Below, piece after piece: positions 38,764 to 50,879 of a stretch of 64,000 nucleotides of DNA. This DNA comes from Raillietiella orientalis (taxonomy: Eukaryota). The notes beneath the pieces were generated by a model. The model was not told the origin of the DNA. It was given only the letters and a program-made list of their open reading frames with translations, and did no database searches. The translations under genes were made by a program, and so were the position numbers. The stretch lies in assembly GCA_036172245.1 (NCBI GenBank), contig JAYWIR010000044.1:682001-746000 (forward strand). The letters run 5' to 3'. The stretch's first letter is position 1. The number at the start of each line of letters is the position of its first letter.

Positions 38764-39179
38764 CGTGATGGCTGGTGGATTTCAAGGTGAAACTCGAGCT
38801 GGATTCAGGGGCCTCCAAGGGAATACAGTCTCCTCCCCAGGGAAACAGCTGCACACTTTTCTTGTACTGCCTCCTTCCTTCCTCAAAGTACCCAGTGTTT
38901 GAACTAGAGCAGGACCCACTGCCCTATCCAACGATCCTTTTTTTTTGTTTCCTTTCTTTCGCACGTTTGCTGCTCGAAGTCGCAATGGACGCTCCCGTGG
39001 AGCAGAGTGTAGCAAAAGGACGTTGCAGATGACCGAACGAGGAAGCCGTTCTGCAATGAGGGAAGACCAGTGAAGAAAACGGGGCCGTTTGCGCATTCCG
39101 CGCCTGGAGAAGCCTTTTTTATTTTTTTTGCTTTGCAAAGTTGCAAGATCCAGGCACTTTGCCCCAGTGGAACTGTGGA

Positions 39180-39959
39180 AGGGAAGAGATCGCAGATTTC
39201 TTGAAACCTTGCCTCAAGACATCTATGACCCTTTCCCTTTCCTCCCCAGAACATTTTTAAACTGAACTTTTGTGTGCGTGTGTTTTTTTTCTTTCTGTTT
39301 ACCCCCTCCCCCACTTCTGTGCGGAACTCATCGGGGAAGCTGCTAAGGAAAAACAGCGACTCCGATGCCGCGCGAGGGTCAACGAAGTTCCTTCCCTGCC
39401 ACGCATCCCCCAAGGTGCGCTTCCAAGCGGGGAGGGCCGATGTGGCCACGCGGCTACCGATGCGAGCGGGAAAAAAGGAAAGGCTGATCAGGTCGAGAAT
39501 ATTCGTGACATTTCTCCGATTTCCCATTGCAGGGCGGACGCTGGTGAAGTCGTTCAAAGGCCTCCCCTTGGTAGAGCTTGACCCGTGGCTCTGCCTTTCT
39601 CTGCAGTCTCGGCGTAGTCGCGAAAACGAGACTCCCAATCGTCACCGGTGATTCGCTCTTGAGCATGCGTCACTCACCAGCTCCTCGTCGACAGCGAGGC
39701 AGCCGCAAAGGTCGCCGAAAAGGCGGAAATCATGGCCAAATTCTCCCTGCATTCCTTTATCAACTTCCTCACTGCCTGTACCCCATGTGGCGAGGCCATC
39801 CCAATCGCCTGCTCCTTAATGAGGAAGATGACAAGAGAGCCACATCTCTGCCAACAAAACTAGGAAGTTTCCAACATCCTCCAGAGGATGCTGAAGACAC
39901 CGGGAAGAAATCTGTGATCCCTTCCCTTCCCTTTTCAACACATTTTTAAACTGAACTTC

Positions 39960-39992
<33 letters not shown>

Positions 39993-40148
39993 TTTGTTTA
40001 CCCCTTCCTTCACTTCTGTGCAGACCTCGTTGGGGAAGCTACTCGGGAAAGCGCTACAAAGAAAGACATTTCTATATTGTACATAGCTGTTGTTGTTTTT
40101 TTGTAAATATTTTTTATAATAAGCACCCCGGCGTGACCAATTAAAAAG
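39180..40148 (+). mobile_element. Two tandem LINE 3'UTR fragments (39180-39350 and 39700-40148); the second contains a (TG)n expansion
   Basis: Shared acatttttaaactgaactt..ggggaagct; terminus aataagcaccccggcgtgacc. Confidence 0.7.
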
Positions 40149-40599
40149 TCTCCGTGCGACTTTTACCATCATGTTTGAACTTACTTTCATTCAGACAATT
40201 AAGCTGCAATCAAAAGCCATCAACAACAACCTTCACACCAATTTTCTCTTCCTCATTTCTCGCTTCCATTCCTACCGACCTGTCAAGACCCGCCCCATAC
40301 GCATTTCCGCCGTCTGCTCACCTCTTTGCATCTCTCCCCCTAGCCATCCCACTGCAAATACCGGGCAGCTCCTTTTCCATCTACCGGAACCCCTCGCATT
40401 TCTCACCCACCCTACTGCAAAAGGAAGCTTAACATCTCTCTCTTCTCCACTCCTGGAAACCACAAGTTTGCAAACTTGTGGTTTCTAGGCTGCATAGGTT
40501 CAAACAGAGACCTCAAACCAGCTTCGGTCACTCTGGTTGAGAATTCTGGTTGTCGCTGAAAAGGAATGAATTGAGTCCGTACCATCAGAAGCTTTAGAC

Positions 40600-42650
40600 T
40601 TTCAGTCGCCATTGGCAACAAAGAGCAGGAACGTCCGTTTCACATGCATGACACCCCGATTTCGAGATTCCTCGCTTCGCTTCGGATTCGCGCTCCTCTT
40701 GACTTGTCCAACCCTTTTAGCAGCCCTCAGGATGCAGTGAGAACTTTCTAACCCTTTCTCCTCAGATGCTTGGAAGTCGCTGGCACATTCGTGTCACATT
40801 TTTCATCTCACAGCGGTCACGTCCGACGGATTCAGATTCCTTTCCTGAAATCCTCACACTGTCGGGGATTTTCGTGATATCAGTCACTCCTTAAAGACCT
40901 TCATTGTCTGTCTGTCCCCATCCTCTGCTTCATGCCCATCTGGCAGAAAACGCAGCTCAAACAACAAGGCATGGGCATGGCCGTAACTTCATTCGAGGGA
41001 GTCATCTTAGGGTCATCTTGGGCATAAAAATTGTGTAAACATCTTCAGATCAGTCACAGCTGACAGGGCAAACGAAACGATATGCATCTGGGATTAGCAG
41101 CGTCTTTGTTGCAGCTCATCTTGAGGCAGAAGTTCTCTCGCAGCTGAGCCACAAATGCAAAGCGTGACATCGTCGAAGAATCTTCCGTGTTATCCAATAA
41201 GCGTTCTTCGATATCCACTGACATCGTGACGCAAAGTGGCGATGCGCCTCTGAACCCTCGTTTGCAGACCATTCGAAACCTTCCACCATGTTTACCCACG
41301 CTTAGTGGATTGTGCAAGTGCATCAAAGTGTTTCTGATCGTCTGAAGACAACTGACTAACTCTGGAGCTACAGAGGAAATCTCAGGCTCATCCATTTTAT
41401 GCATCTCCATTCTCTCTGCGGATCTTTTCGTGAATACAACCGTGGATTCACAAGCTGGTGAGATCACTCGTGACCAGGGTACATCTGGAAAATCCAGATG
41501 TATCCTGGTGGACTTGAGCAAGGCCGAGGGTTATTGCCTAGAGGTTCCCTTGAGGTATCCAGAGCTACTTCGAGGGAACCTTCTTGGAGACTACAGCGAG
41601 CTCTCATCAACTTGCACGTCGCCGTGGATTTGCACCAGTCTCCTCAGGACTCATCCTTCGAGGCACAGTTCATCACCTTTGAGTATCCTCGAACGTAGGA
41701 AATTTCTATCTCAATCCTCCTGGAGCTATTGACTTCCAGAAACTTTCAAGTCTGCCAACAGGAGGTGACTTCCTGCTTTCCCGCACTTTGGTGCCCTTGC
41801 ACAATCCACAATGTCTCATAGCTGGGTAAAGTCCACTAGAGATTTCTCCTGACCAAAAAAGGCGATGTGTTGGTGCACGGATTAAGAACAGCTGAAGATA
41901 CAAAGCTACCTGTTCGAAGACATCTCTCATCGTACCGGTTGGTGACTCCCTGTGACACGAGACACGTTCCCCATCAAGGGACACCTGGCTGTGTCGAAGC
42001 TTGGTCTTACACACGCCCGTTGAGACCGGAGAGATGGCAGACTGAAGCGTTTGAACTTGAGGACATCTGGAGCAGAGACGCACATCTCGATGGTGGAAGT
42101 ATCGTTTAGGTTTTGTGCTGAGAAGACTTCAAACACGAGCAGCCTCTGAACGTGCTGTACCCCGGCGTCTTTCGTCCTCCACAATGCAACGACAACGGTG
42201 GATGTTTAGGTCACCTGTTTTCATTCGCATCTTCCATGAAGGAAATGAACAATTTATGAACAGGCGTACCCTCAAAGGCTGCAATTGTGTACGAAGAACG
42301 TGGTTGTACAAAATTGTAAGTGGATGGACATGAATCCATGCTGCTGGAACTCGGATTTTTACCAGTTTAGAATGCAAGATGTTTCTTTGGAATGCATTCA
42401 AAGAATCCATTCTTCGTTGGTAACTGCGAGGCAAAGGGACCTTCTTGTCTTTCTTGGAGCCTCATCCATGATCACGTGACTGGAGGGCACGGCTTAATCC
42501 CTGCAATCACTGTTTGCACTTAGCAACACGAGGCGCTGCGTCACCAGTTGAGGACCACAATGGGTGGAAGCTGAGGGGTGCTTTTCTGAAATAAGTTCAT
42601 CCCTGGAGTGACAATCCTCAAGTTCCTCTTCTTCTGTTGCTTAGCAAGGG
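40600..42650 (-). mobile_element. Decayed RT of an RLE-type (R4/NeSL-like) non-LTR retrotransposon
   Basis: In order: VTPG, KKVPLPRSYQR, VVALWRTKDA, RDVFEQVALYLQLF, SHLLLADLKV (like HLLF.DDL), KHGGR. Confidence 0.5.
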
Positions 42651-43609
42651 GGTAAAAATGGTCGTCAAGGATGCTTCCTGCCCCATAAGGAGCACCCCTG
42701 ACGCGTCCCGACGTACTCGATGAAGAGAGTAGACCTCCCTGTCGATACGGAAGCTGATTCGAAGAACGTTGGGGAGGAAGCGGTTGCTCCTGCCCATTCC
42801 AGCGTTCGCCCAGATGAACACGCGACGCGAGAATTTCCAGCTCCAGGCTACACGTCGGCAAAATTGGGCTCCTCACTACCACCCTATGAAGCCAGTAACG
42901 TGCGGTGCCCTCTCGGAAGAAGAATTCCGGTCACGGGAAAGCGCGCCCGAGCGCCGACTTGCAGGAAGAAGTTTGCTGCACCAACCGACGAGGATGTGGA
43001 CAATGAGATGTTGGAAATGATTCCTCGCCCTCATAAGGAGAGAAAAAAGGAAGATGATTTTTTCAGCATGTGAAGAAGATAGCAGCCACCCAGATTTTTT
43101 TATTTCTATGCAACCAGCTGCACCCTCTCGAAGAGAAGAGCCGGTTCACTTGCGTCTCCTGGGCGCGTTCAGATTTGGTTCTCGACCGCTTTCCGACACG
43201 CTGGAACCGCATCACTTCGACGGGTTTGCCACCCACCCAAGCGACCGGTGAATCCTTGCATGGCAACCGAAGCTCAGAGCATTTCCGCGTCCTTAGGAAA
43301 CTTGCCCCCTCGCACCCATAGCGACTTTGGACGTCTAGGATCTCGCAAGTGCGGTTCCGGGTCAGCATCCAGGACCGTCACCTCGCTTGCAGAACCCCGT
43401 AGCGCATGCGATCCCATGAGATATCTGTGGTTTGCTTTTTCATCCTAACATCCTGCTGCTGATGCTGCTAGGAAGATCTGTTTTGCTTAAAATCACGTAG
43501 TCGCGACAACTCGTAAACGCCTTGGCAAGTCCTTTATTTGTTTTTGTCCTTTATATGAATGGTTCCACGTAGTTGTGAGGAGGCTTCTGAAAGTTTCGGC
43601 ATCCATGTT

Positions 43610-44320
43610 TCAACTTCCTGGTTCAGAATCCATGATCCACTGCAGCTCATTTTCAATCCTTCCAATGAATTCGTCGCAATTATACAGCATTTTCAAGAAC
43701 TCCTTCTCTTTCTTCTCTTTCTCCTCTTTCTCCTTCTCTTTCTTCTCTTTCTCCTCTTTCTCCTTCTCTTTCTCCTTCTCTTTCTCCTTCTCTTTCTCCT
43801 TCTCTTCCTGCTCGGCCTTCTGCTTCATCTCCTGAGTGGGTTCCGGGAGTTTGGACTTTTCTGAGTCCTTACCAGAGGGGGCTTCTTGCTGCTCTTCGGT
43901 GGTAGGCAAGGACCATCGAGGCACCTTCCTACAATGGAAATGGACGTGAATGTTCAGCTTTCTCAGTGTGCGAAAGGACAGGTTGCATCCGGGAACGGTG
44001 CACTTGTGGAAGACGACCTTCCTTGCCAGTTTCTGGATGGGATTGAAGATCAGATCGTCGCAAGTGTGGTAGGCAGGCACTGTGTGCCTGATTTCCTCGC
44101 CGCACCTCCGGCACTGGTTGATGATCTCGATGTGCGTCAGTTTGTGAAAGAGCATGACATGCCGCTTCATGTTGTAGCACCGCTTCGCCCTCGAGTCGCT
44201 GAAGGTGGTATACGTGCAATTGGGGAAGCAGCACATTAAAGACGTGGACAGCGGATACAACAAAATCAACTGGTTGCTGCGAAGAACCGCCCGTTCGGCC
44301 TTGATCGCACCGGGATCCAT
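43610..44320 (-). CDS. Intact 236-aa ORF: N-terminal zinc-finger region of an R2-superfamily (Utopia/NeSL-like) element plus an in-frame EK repeat; retroelement fragment or domesticated gene
   Basis: ATG at 44320; LLYPL..CCFPNC..KRHVMLFH, CRRC..HTC, CTVPGCNLSFRTLRKLNIHVHFH; decayed element-like sequence continues past the stop to about 43000. Confidence 0.6.
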   Translation of the reverse strand: MDPGAIKAERAVLRSNQLILLYPLSTSLMCCFPNCTYTTFSDSRAKRCYNMKRHVMLFHKLTHIEIINQCRRCGEEIRHTVPAYHTCDDLIFNPIQKLARKVVFHKCTVPGCNLSFRTLRKLNIHVHFHCRKVPRWSLPTTEEQQEAPSGKDSEKSKLPEPTQEMKQKAEQEEKEKEKEKEKEKEKEKEEKEKKEKEKEEKEKKEKEFLKMLYNCDEFIGRIENELQWIMDSEPGS

Positions 44321-44749
44321 GCCGTATCGCGTTTGTTGTTGCCACGGATTCTGGAGGTCATACGCACCTGCAACCCATGAAGCGAGTTAGCGAAAAGCTA
44401 GAGTTACAGAAAGGAGCTCCTCGAGGACGGCTTCCTCGGAGACGACGGGCTGGTGTGCGGGGAAGCGCCACTGCCCTTCGGAATATATACCGCGGCCGTG
44501 CGGCGCTGCTCGACGCACCGGCAGCTCTATAGAGTGATGCCCGGGGTCGCCTGGTGGCAACCCTGCAGCGAACAAACCTGTTGGCTTTTGCCTGCCTCCT
44601 CTCGGGGGAAGCCTCCAGCTGAGCCTCGGGTGGGTCTTGGTCGCGACCCTCGAGTTCAAAGTGCTTCCCGGGTCGGGTTAGCTGACGGTACAACCCGCAC
44701 CTCGATACAGGTGCGTTTAGCCTGGCTGTGGGATGGAGTTGGTTCTCGG

Positions 44750-46300
44750 GAACCCTACTGAACCGCAGCGTGCGGCAAACGCGGGCGGAACGGATACTCT
44801 GGAGGATGCTGAAGAGAGAACTTCCGAAGGGCGGAAGGACGGTGAATGTCTTCGTGGCACACGTGTCCATCCGTCCGAACTGAGAGGTCGAGTTCATAGA
44901 CTACCGATTGAAGATGCAGAGAGACGTCTTCTCTATCCCCAAGGCTCCGCAGACTGCTCGAAGCAGGTCCAGGTGCACCGCTGCTCGGGGTGTGCTGGAA
45001 GATCGCAAACTGGAAGGAATCCGTAAAGCTTGGAAACGGCAGCCAGCGGTCTCTTAGGAAGCGTTACAAGGAACGTTCCAAGGAGGATGAAGAGAGAAGA
45101 GGCAAAACACGAAGATTTCTTCACTCACTCACTTCTGCATTCACTTCTCCCTGCACGGAGGAAATCAGACCGATGCTGGAAGATGCTCTCAATTCGGGTG
45201 CTGGGTCACAGATTAGATGCCAGAGGAAAGCTACAGACAATACTACTTAATATATCACTCAAGAGAAGGGAGTTATCATGGCGGAGGGTTCCTGAAATGC
45301 TCTTCGTTTTCTGAGGATATCAATCAGCGGGGACCGATTAGCACGAGAGACGGCGTGTAGTAGGTCAGAGTCAGAGTTAAGCTGCTTCTGCAAGCGTCTG
45401 AGGTTCTGTATAAGAAGGAATGGCGACAAAGTTGGCCCCTCCATTCGACGAAGTTCCAGAACGAAGGTTCTCCCTGTTCAGCGCTTTTAGGACTCCAGAC
45501 GGCAATCCGAGGATGCATTTTAGACGAATTCGTTTCCATCCGTTTGTCATCGCCACCTTCGGTCCAAGGAAACACGGAATTTTTGGTCATCTGCATGATC
45601 ATGCGAGGTCCAGGTTCGCGGAGCAGGATGCGCAAGATACCTGGGATGTGAGGATTCAACGTGAAGAGCTCCATCGATCGTCTTCTTGCAGCCAATCCTA
45701 CGTGCCTCGTTTGAAGACCAATGACTAGAATGATGATGGTGTTCACGTCATCGTGCTGGTCTCTCGGCTGACCCACGCTACGCTTGTCTGCTGCCCTGGA
45801 GTGGCAATGGCGACTTGCTGCTACCTCGAACAAGGCATCCCACACTTAGAAAAGGGACAGCCAACAAAGAGCTGAGAAAAGTCACTCGCGGCTGAGTTGC
45901 TTCGTTCCATCCCTGGGGCGTAAAGCAATGGTCGAAGCAGAGATTTTCGAATGTTGAGTGTCCTCCATGTAAAAGAATATTTGCTCTTCAGCGTTGTTCC
46001 ATCTCTCCTTAGTGGATTTCTGAGGGTTGTCAGCATTCATTGAGTCTTACTGGATGCTTGCAGGTGGGTACACAAAGAGATTGCTGAAAGAGTTTCTTGA
46101 GCCGCCCAATGGAAAATCCAACGCTGAAGGCATCACCGGGAGGGAAATGAGATTGCTGCGAATCGCCCTTGCGGGATGGGCTCATTTCGGGAAGCTTGGT
46201 TTTCCTTGCCAATTCCCTGATCCTCCTACTTCAGCTCAGATACACGCCAAAGGATGCAGAGTCGCCCGAAGTTTTATGTATGTTTTCTGGTTACTCAAGA
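44750..46300 (+). mobile_element. Decayed 5' half of a second RLE-type element, head-to-head with the 43000-44700 element
   Basis: LLYPQ..HRCSGC, ARGKLQTILL..KRREL, LAPPFDEV..SAFRTPDG (like SAPGPDG). Confidence 0.45.
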
Positions 46301-48560
46301 AACGGATGATATTCAGCATACTTTGTCTCAATTCTCAGCGCTAGCAGATTGCCGCTGTTCTCTTTCTGTGCTCTTGGAACGCAGAAGTGAGCAGAAGACC
46401 ATTTTTCAGCTGAGTGTGGAGGTTTCTTACCACTCTAGGTTTCCAGAAATCTCTGGGACGTAAAGCAATGGCCGAGGCAGAGGAGTTTTTGAACTCTGTG
46501 TCCCCCGGGTAAAAGAACAGTTGCTCTTCAGCATTTTACCATCTCTTCTGGGTCCATTCTTCCAGCTTGGCTACCGGATTCCTATTCACAGGTACACGAG
46601 ACGAGAATTCTCAATGAGTGCTTTCAGCTACGCACCCGCAATGAGTTGCTGGTGGATCCGTAAAATAAAGCGAAAATAGAAAAACAAGTTGCTTCCAGTA
46701 TTACCATATGCCTCACATATTATTGTTCCCTTGGTGCGGCTACACCTTCGCAAGTTGAAGAGTGGTTTCCTATAGCACACAGCACACCTTGGATGCTTGT
46801 TGGTCTCATAGACTGGGAATCGCAAAGAACACCGGCACTCAAGAGGGACTGTCACCAGCCGGTACGGGAATATGAGCAATGGTCCTTTGAAATCAAGGAT
46901 GATCGTGAAATCATGCGGGCATCACTGGAAAGTGGACTGAAATCAAGATGATAAAGGATGTGGCCTTGCTGGGTCACATCCTTGACCCCGTTTTGCTCCA
47001 AGAAATGGAGTTGGCTGGTCTATTTTCTTGGAATCTTTAGTTTCCCCAGAATGTCGTCATCCTCGACGAAGAAGGACCCCAACGGCCCAATGGGTGGAAT
47101 TCTTCCGTGCTTCCCCACTTTACTTGAATCACCCCTAGCGGGCTTTTGAACTCGCAGTGCCGGTTCAGCGTGACGACGTTCCTGACCTTCTCAGCAAGCC
47201 ATATCGTAGAAGGGCACTCCTGAGCGGGAAATGCGAAGCGGACAGCTTCCACGTACGCGAAGCAATAGGAACGTATCCTATTCTCTGGACCCCTGCTGCT
47301 TAAATTTCCTTGCGAATTCCCTTCCTTCCCGCTGGACTTCTCTCGCTCTACTCGTGTCCCTCGAGCCAACAGCGCCGGGAGTGGCTTGTCCCTGCAGTCC
47401 GCCACCGGGGCGAGCTCTCGCGCGGCACCCGGCCGCAAAGCCTCTGAGAGAAAGGAACTAACCTGAATGGGGGCTGCGCCATCTGGGGACCAGGACCGGA
47501 AGGAGGAGGATGCCTGCACGGGTGCAAACCGACCCAGGGCGGAGGATACCACCGACAGACTTCGAGCGAAGCGACCGGCAGCGTTTCTGGAGAAGACGGC
47601 AGGCGGCGCACCCGGAGGAGAGACGCGAGACGACCAGAGGAACGGAAGAATCCAGCGGGAGCATTCCGCGGGTGCACGCGCAACCGCGTAGGCGACGGGC
47701 GCCGAGGATCAATACCGGGGCTCAGGACCCATGCGGGCGAGGGCGGAGCGCGCGGAAAGAGAAGCCGCCGTCCGCCCTTCGGGGGCCGGGCCGTGGATTG
47801 CTGATCCGCCCAGAGCAGCAGCCGTGACAAGCCTCCGCCCACGCACGCCTTGCGGAGCTCTCCAGTATTTCGAAGGGAAGGCGGCCGTTCCCACCGCTGG
47901 GCGAACCTGCCGCGTGGCCGCCGGCGCGCGCTACCCTCCGCCTTAGGGATCCGCCGCGCCGCCGAAGACCGACTCCTCAGGGGACGATTCTCGCAGGCGT
48001 CTTCGCCCCATCCCCCACCCGCCTTTGAAGGGAACGGAAAAACCAAGGAAATGGCCACACGTGACCTTCCCGCAGAGCATCCCTTGCGCTCTCGACCTGG
48101 CAAGCAGCTGCTTCGAGGCGGTTCCTTCTCAAAAGGTGCGTCAGAATGAGGTGAGTTGGGTGGACAGAGAACGTGGGTAAGGTAGGACGTTCCGGGGTGA
48201 TGTCTCCAACAGGAGCGCCGGGAGGAAGGACTCCCGAAGGCAGAAACCTCAAAGGATGCACGCGTGCTGCCTCTTCAAGGTCATATTGGATGGGTTGGCC
48301 GAAGGATGCAGTGGAGCGGAAGGGTAGTCGTGGCTGGACCGAATAAGTCTACTTAGCGGGATAGGGAAAACGCATAGGGGAGATGCATGGAGGGGGGATG
48401 TTATCAGAAGTCTAGAGGAACCTTTCCTCTCTTCCTCTTCCTTTTCCTTCCATCCTCTTCCCTCCCTCTTCCTCATCCTCCTTCTCCCCCTCTTCCCTTC
48501 TTCCTCCTTCTCTTCCTCCAAAACCCACCCTCCCGGACTCGCAGAGTGGGGGTCCTTTAC

Positions 48561-48748
48561 CTTTGAAGAGCTACTCGGGGCAGAGGGGGATGCTGTAGAG
48601 CTCCCAGCGGACCTTGGGGTTTGTCGTGTAGCACCATGGCTGCTCCTCCAGTCCGTAGGGGTTCTTGCAGGAGTTCTCGGAGAAGCATGGCTGCTCACCT
48701 AGCGCACTCACCAGGAACCCTTCCTCGTGGATGCACTGCATTTTCGAT
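48561..48748 (-). pseudogene. Kringle-domain pseudo-exon(s)
   Basis: [33 protein letters not shown] (like NYCRNPD..PWCYT.DP..RWEYC.IP.C) at 48574-48678; in-frame TAG at 48571-48573 before donor GTAAAG at 48560; upstream AG/GT-bounded piece [10 protein letters not shown]. Confidence 0.8.
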
Positions 48749-50879
48749 CTGCGGAAGAGACGCAAGAAGGAAGGCAGGATGGCCGCCGGATGATGCAGAC
48801 GCCGGCTTGCGTGACATTCGTTCGTTCTCGAAACCTTGGGGATCAGTTGGCTGCGCGCGGTTTCCTGACGTCACGGATGTGGCCCGGCAGGAGGCAGCGC
48901 GTGAGCATCTTTCGAGGTTTCCGTCTTCGGGGATGCATGTGGCGCCCTTCCTCCCGCCACTCGTCTTGATGACGTCATCCTGGAACGCCATCGTAAGTGG
49001 GGCGCAAGTCGGTTCACCCGTGCCGTTCCCGCCTGGACAGAGATAGCGCCAGACGGAGAAAGTGAGCTTTCCGGAGCTTTGACGAGCAATCACGGGGCGA
49101 GACGTGACCTCGCATCCTCCGGGACTTCTCGGAACCCTCTCCCTCCCCTCCGATCGGAATTCTTCCGAAACATCATTCGGAGCTGCTTTGGAGCCGTCTC
49201 GCGCGATTACCGATTTGTTCCGCTCGCAGGTTTTCGGCGTGCGTTCAGGATCCCGGATACATCACCTGCCGGAGCGCCGTCTCCACTACCCCCCTCCGAG
49301 CAGCTGCTCGTTGACTCGAGTCGCCAAAGCCAGGAGGAATACGCCGGAGTGGGGGGGGGGGAAGGGAGTGGGGTATCTTCGCGCGAGGGCGCCCACGCAC
49401 ACGTCCGTGGATCGCTGCTCACGTGGCCAAGCTGGCGCGCGTCATCGTGGCCTCGCCGACTTCCAGGTCCGAGGCAAGAATAGGGCCTCCCGTTTAAGAG
49501 GGTGTCATTCCCGGCAGCGCCGGGAGCTTGAAGACTGGGATGAGCTTTCGTCCTCCCCCATGGAGTGTCCCGCCACACGGATCCAACGCCAGTTTTCTGG
49601 CCATCAACGATCGCTCCTCTTGAGGGCACTTACTGACCTTTGTGGGCTCTTCGCCCCTCCGGCTGCACGTGGCTTGTCTGTTTGCGTGGGGCAAAGACTG
49701 CTACGGGGTTCCTTCACCAAGAGCAAGAGAGGAACGGACTCCTTACTCCAGAGAGTCTTCCTGCATGCATACGGTGGTTCCCTTTCGGGATGCCCTCTAG
49801 TTTGAAAAGTTGACACAGACCCTTCGGGGAGCAGTGTGGACAGTGTCCTCTTCGACTCGTTTCCAGGCCACGGTCCTTGCAAGGAGCCTGGAAATGAAGT
49901 CGGCGTCTCAGGGGGGGGATTCGCTGCTTTCGGCCACACCCTCTGACCCTCGAGCGAATCCGAGCCGAGGCGGAAGGTTCCGTCCCCGCGTGCGGGGTCG
50001 CGGCCACCATTGGAGCCGCGAATGCTCCCCCCCCTTTCAACCCCCTATCTTCTTCGAAGATCGGTTTCCTAGGATCCAGACTGCGCGACGATCAGATGCT
50101 GGAAACCAAAAATTTCATGGGGAGTTTCCAAATGACATCTTCGCGTGGTGCCTGGATTGTTGCTCCAGGAAACCCGTGGAGAAAGGAACGCCACGGTGTT
50201 CCCGCTTTCGGGATCGACATCCAGTCAAAGTCGCTTCCAAAGAGAACAGGTTCCGTTGTCGCGAGTCCCTCGGGTGCGTCCATCTCTTGTCTTCTTGTGC
50301 TCACGTCTGCATTCGCGCGCAAGTGGGAAGCACATAGAAACGTCTGGAAGCTCACACCACAGGCACCCCCAACGCAAGGGGAGCCACCATTTGGAAGGTT
50401 CAAGCGGGAGAGAGAGGAAGCCGGTCTTCGAGGGCGCTCCGCCTCAAAAGAACTGAACCACGCATCCACGCCGTCCATTCGCGTCACACTCAACGGACGC
50501 GTGGCCAGCAAGGTTACACGGACTCACTCCGTTGGGGCGACTGGTGCGACTTGCGCTCCAAGGAACGTTGTGAAAAACAGCCACGCCCGATCGGCTTCGT
50601 TGTTGACCATGGAAGGTCATGTCCGACCGAACCTAACCGTCGAGTAGCGGTTGTCCTCCCAAGTACGACGCCCGCGACTCGTTCGGCTGCACGCGTAGCC
50701 GCTGCAGCGGAGGTCTCACGCGCTACCTTCAAGTCAGAATGATCACCTAATAATAAAAGGTCAGTGTGATTTTTTTAATTTTTTTTTTCCGAGTCACGTT
50801 TTTACGATTAGTTCCCGCGTCTCCTATAATTGGCCACGGGACGCCTTTCGGGAGCAACAAGGAGTGCACTGTGTGGCGT

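Noticed and set aside
40150..40460. Second NUMT suggested by strand skew
   Set aside because: No mitochondrial protein motif found; a faint resemblance to a Penelope RT start is too weak to call.
42700..43450. Plus-strand RT fragment (RRIPVTGKRA)
   Set aside because: The minus strand reads at least as well as a continuation of the zinc-finger element, so orientation is unresolved.
44370..44450. HDV-like ribozyme upstream of the RLE zinc-finger ORF (tcctcg loop, gctaa)
   Set aside because: No GG for P1.1 after the putative P1 3' strand, and P2 pairing is not adjacent to J4/2.
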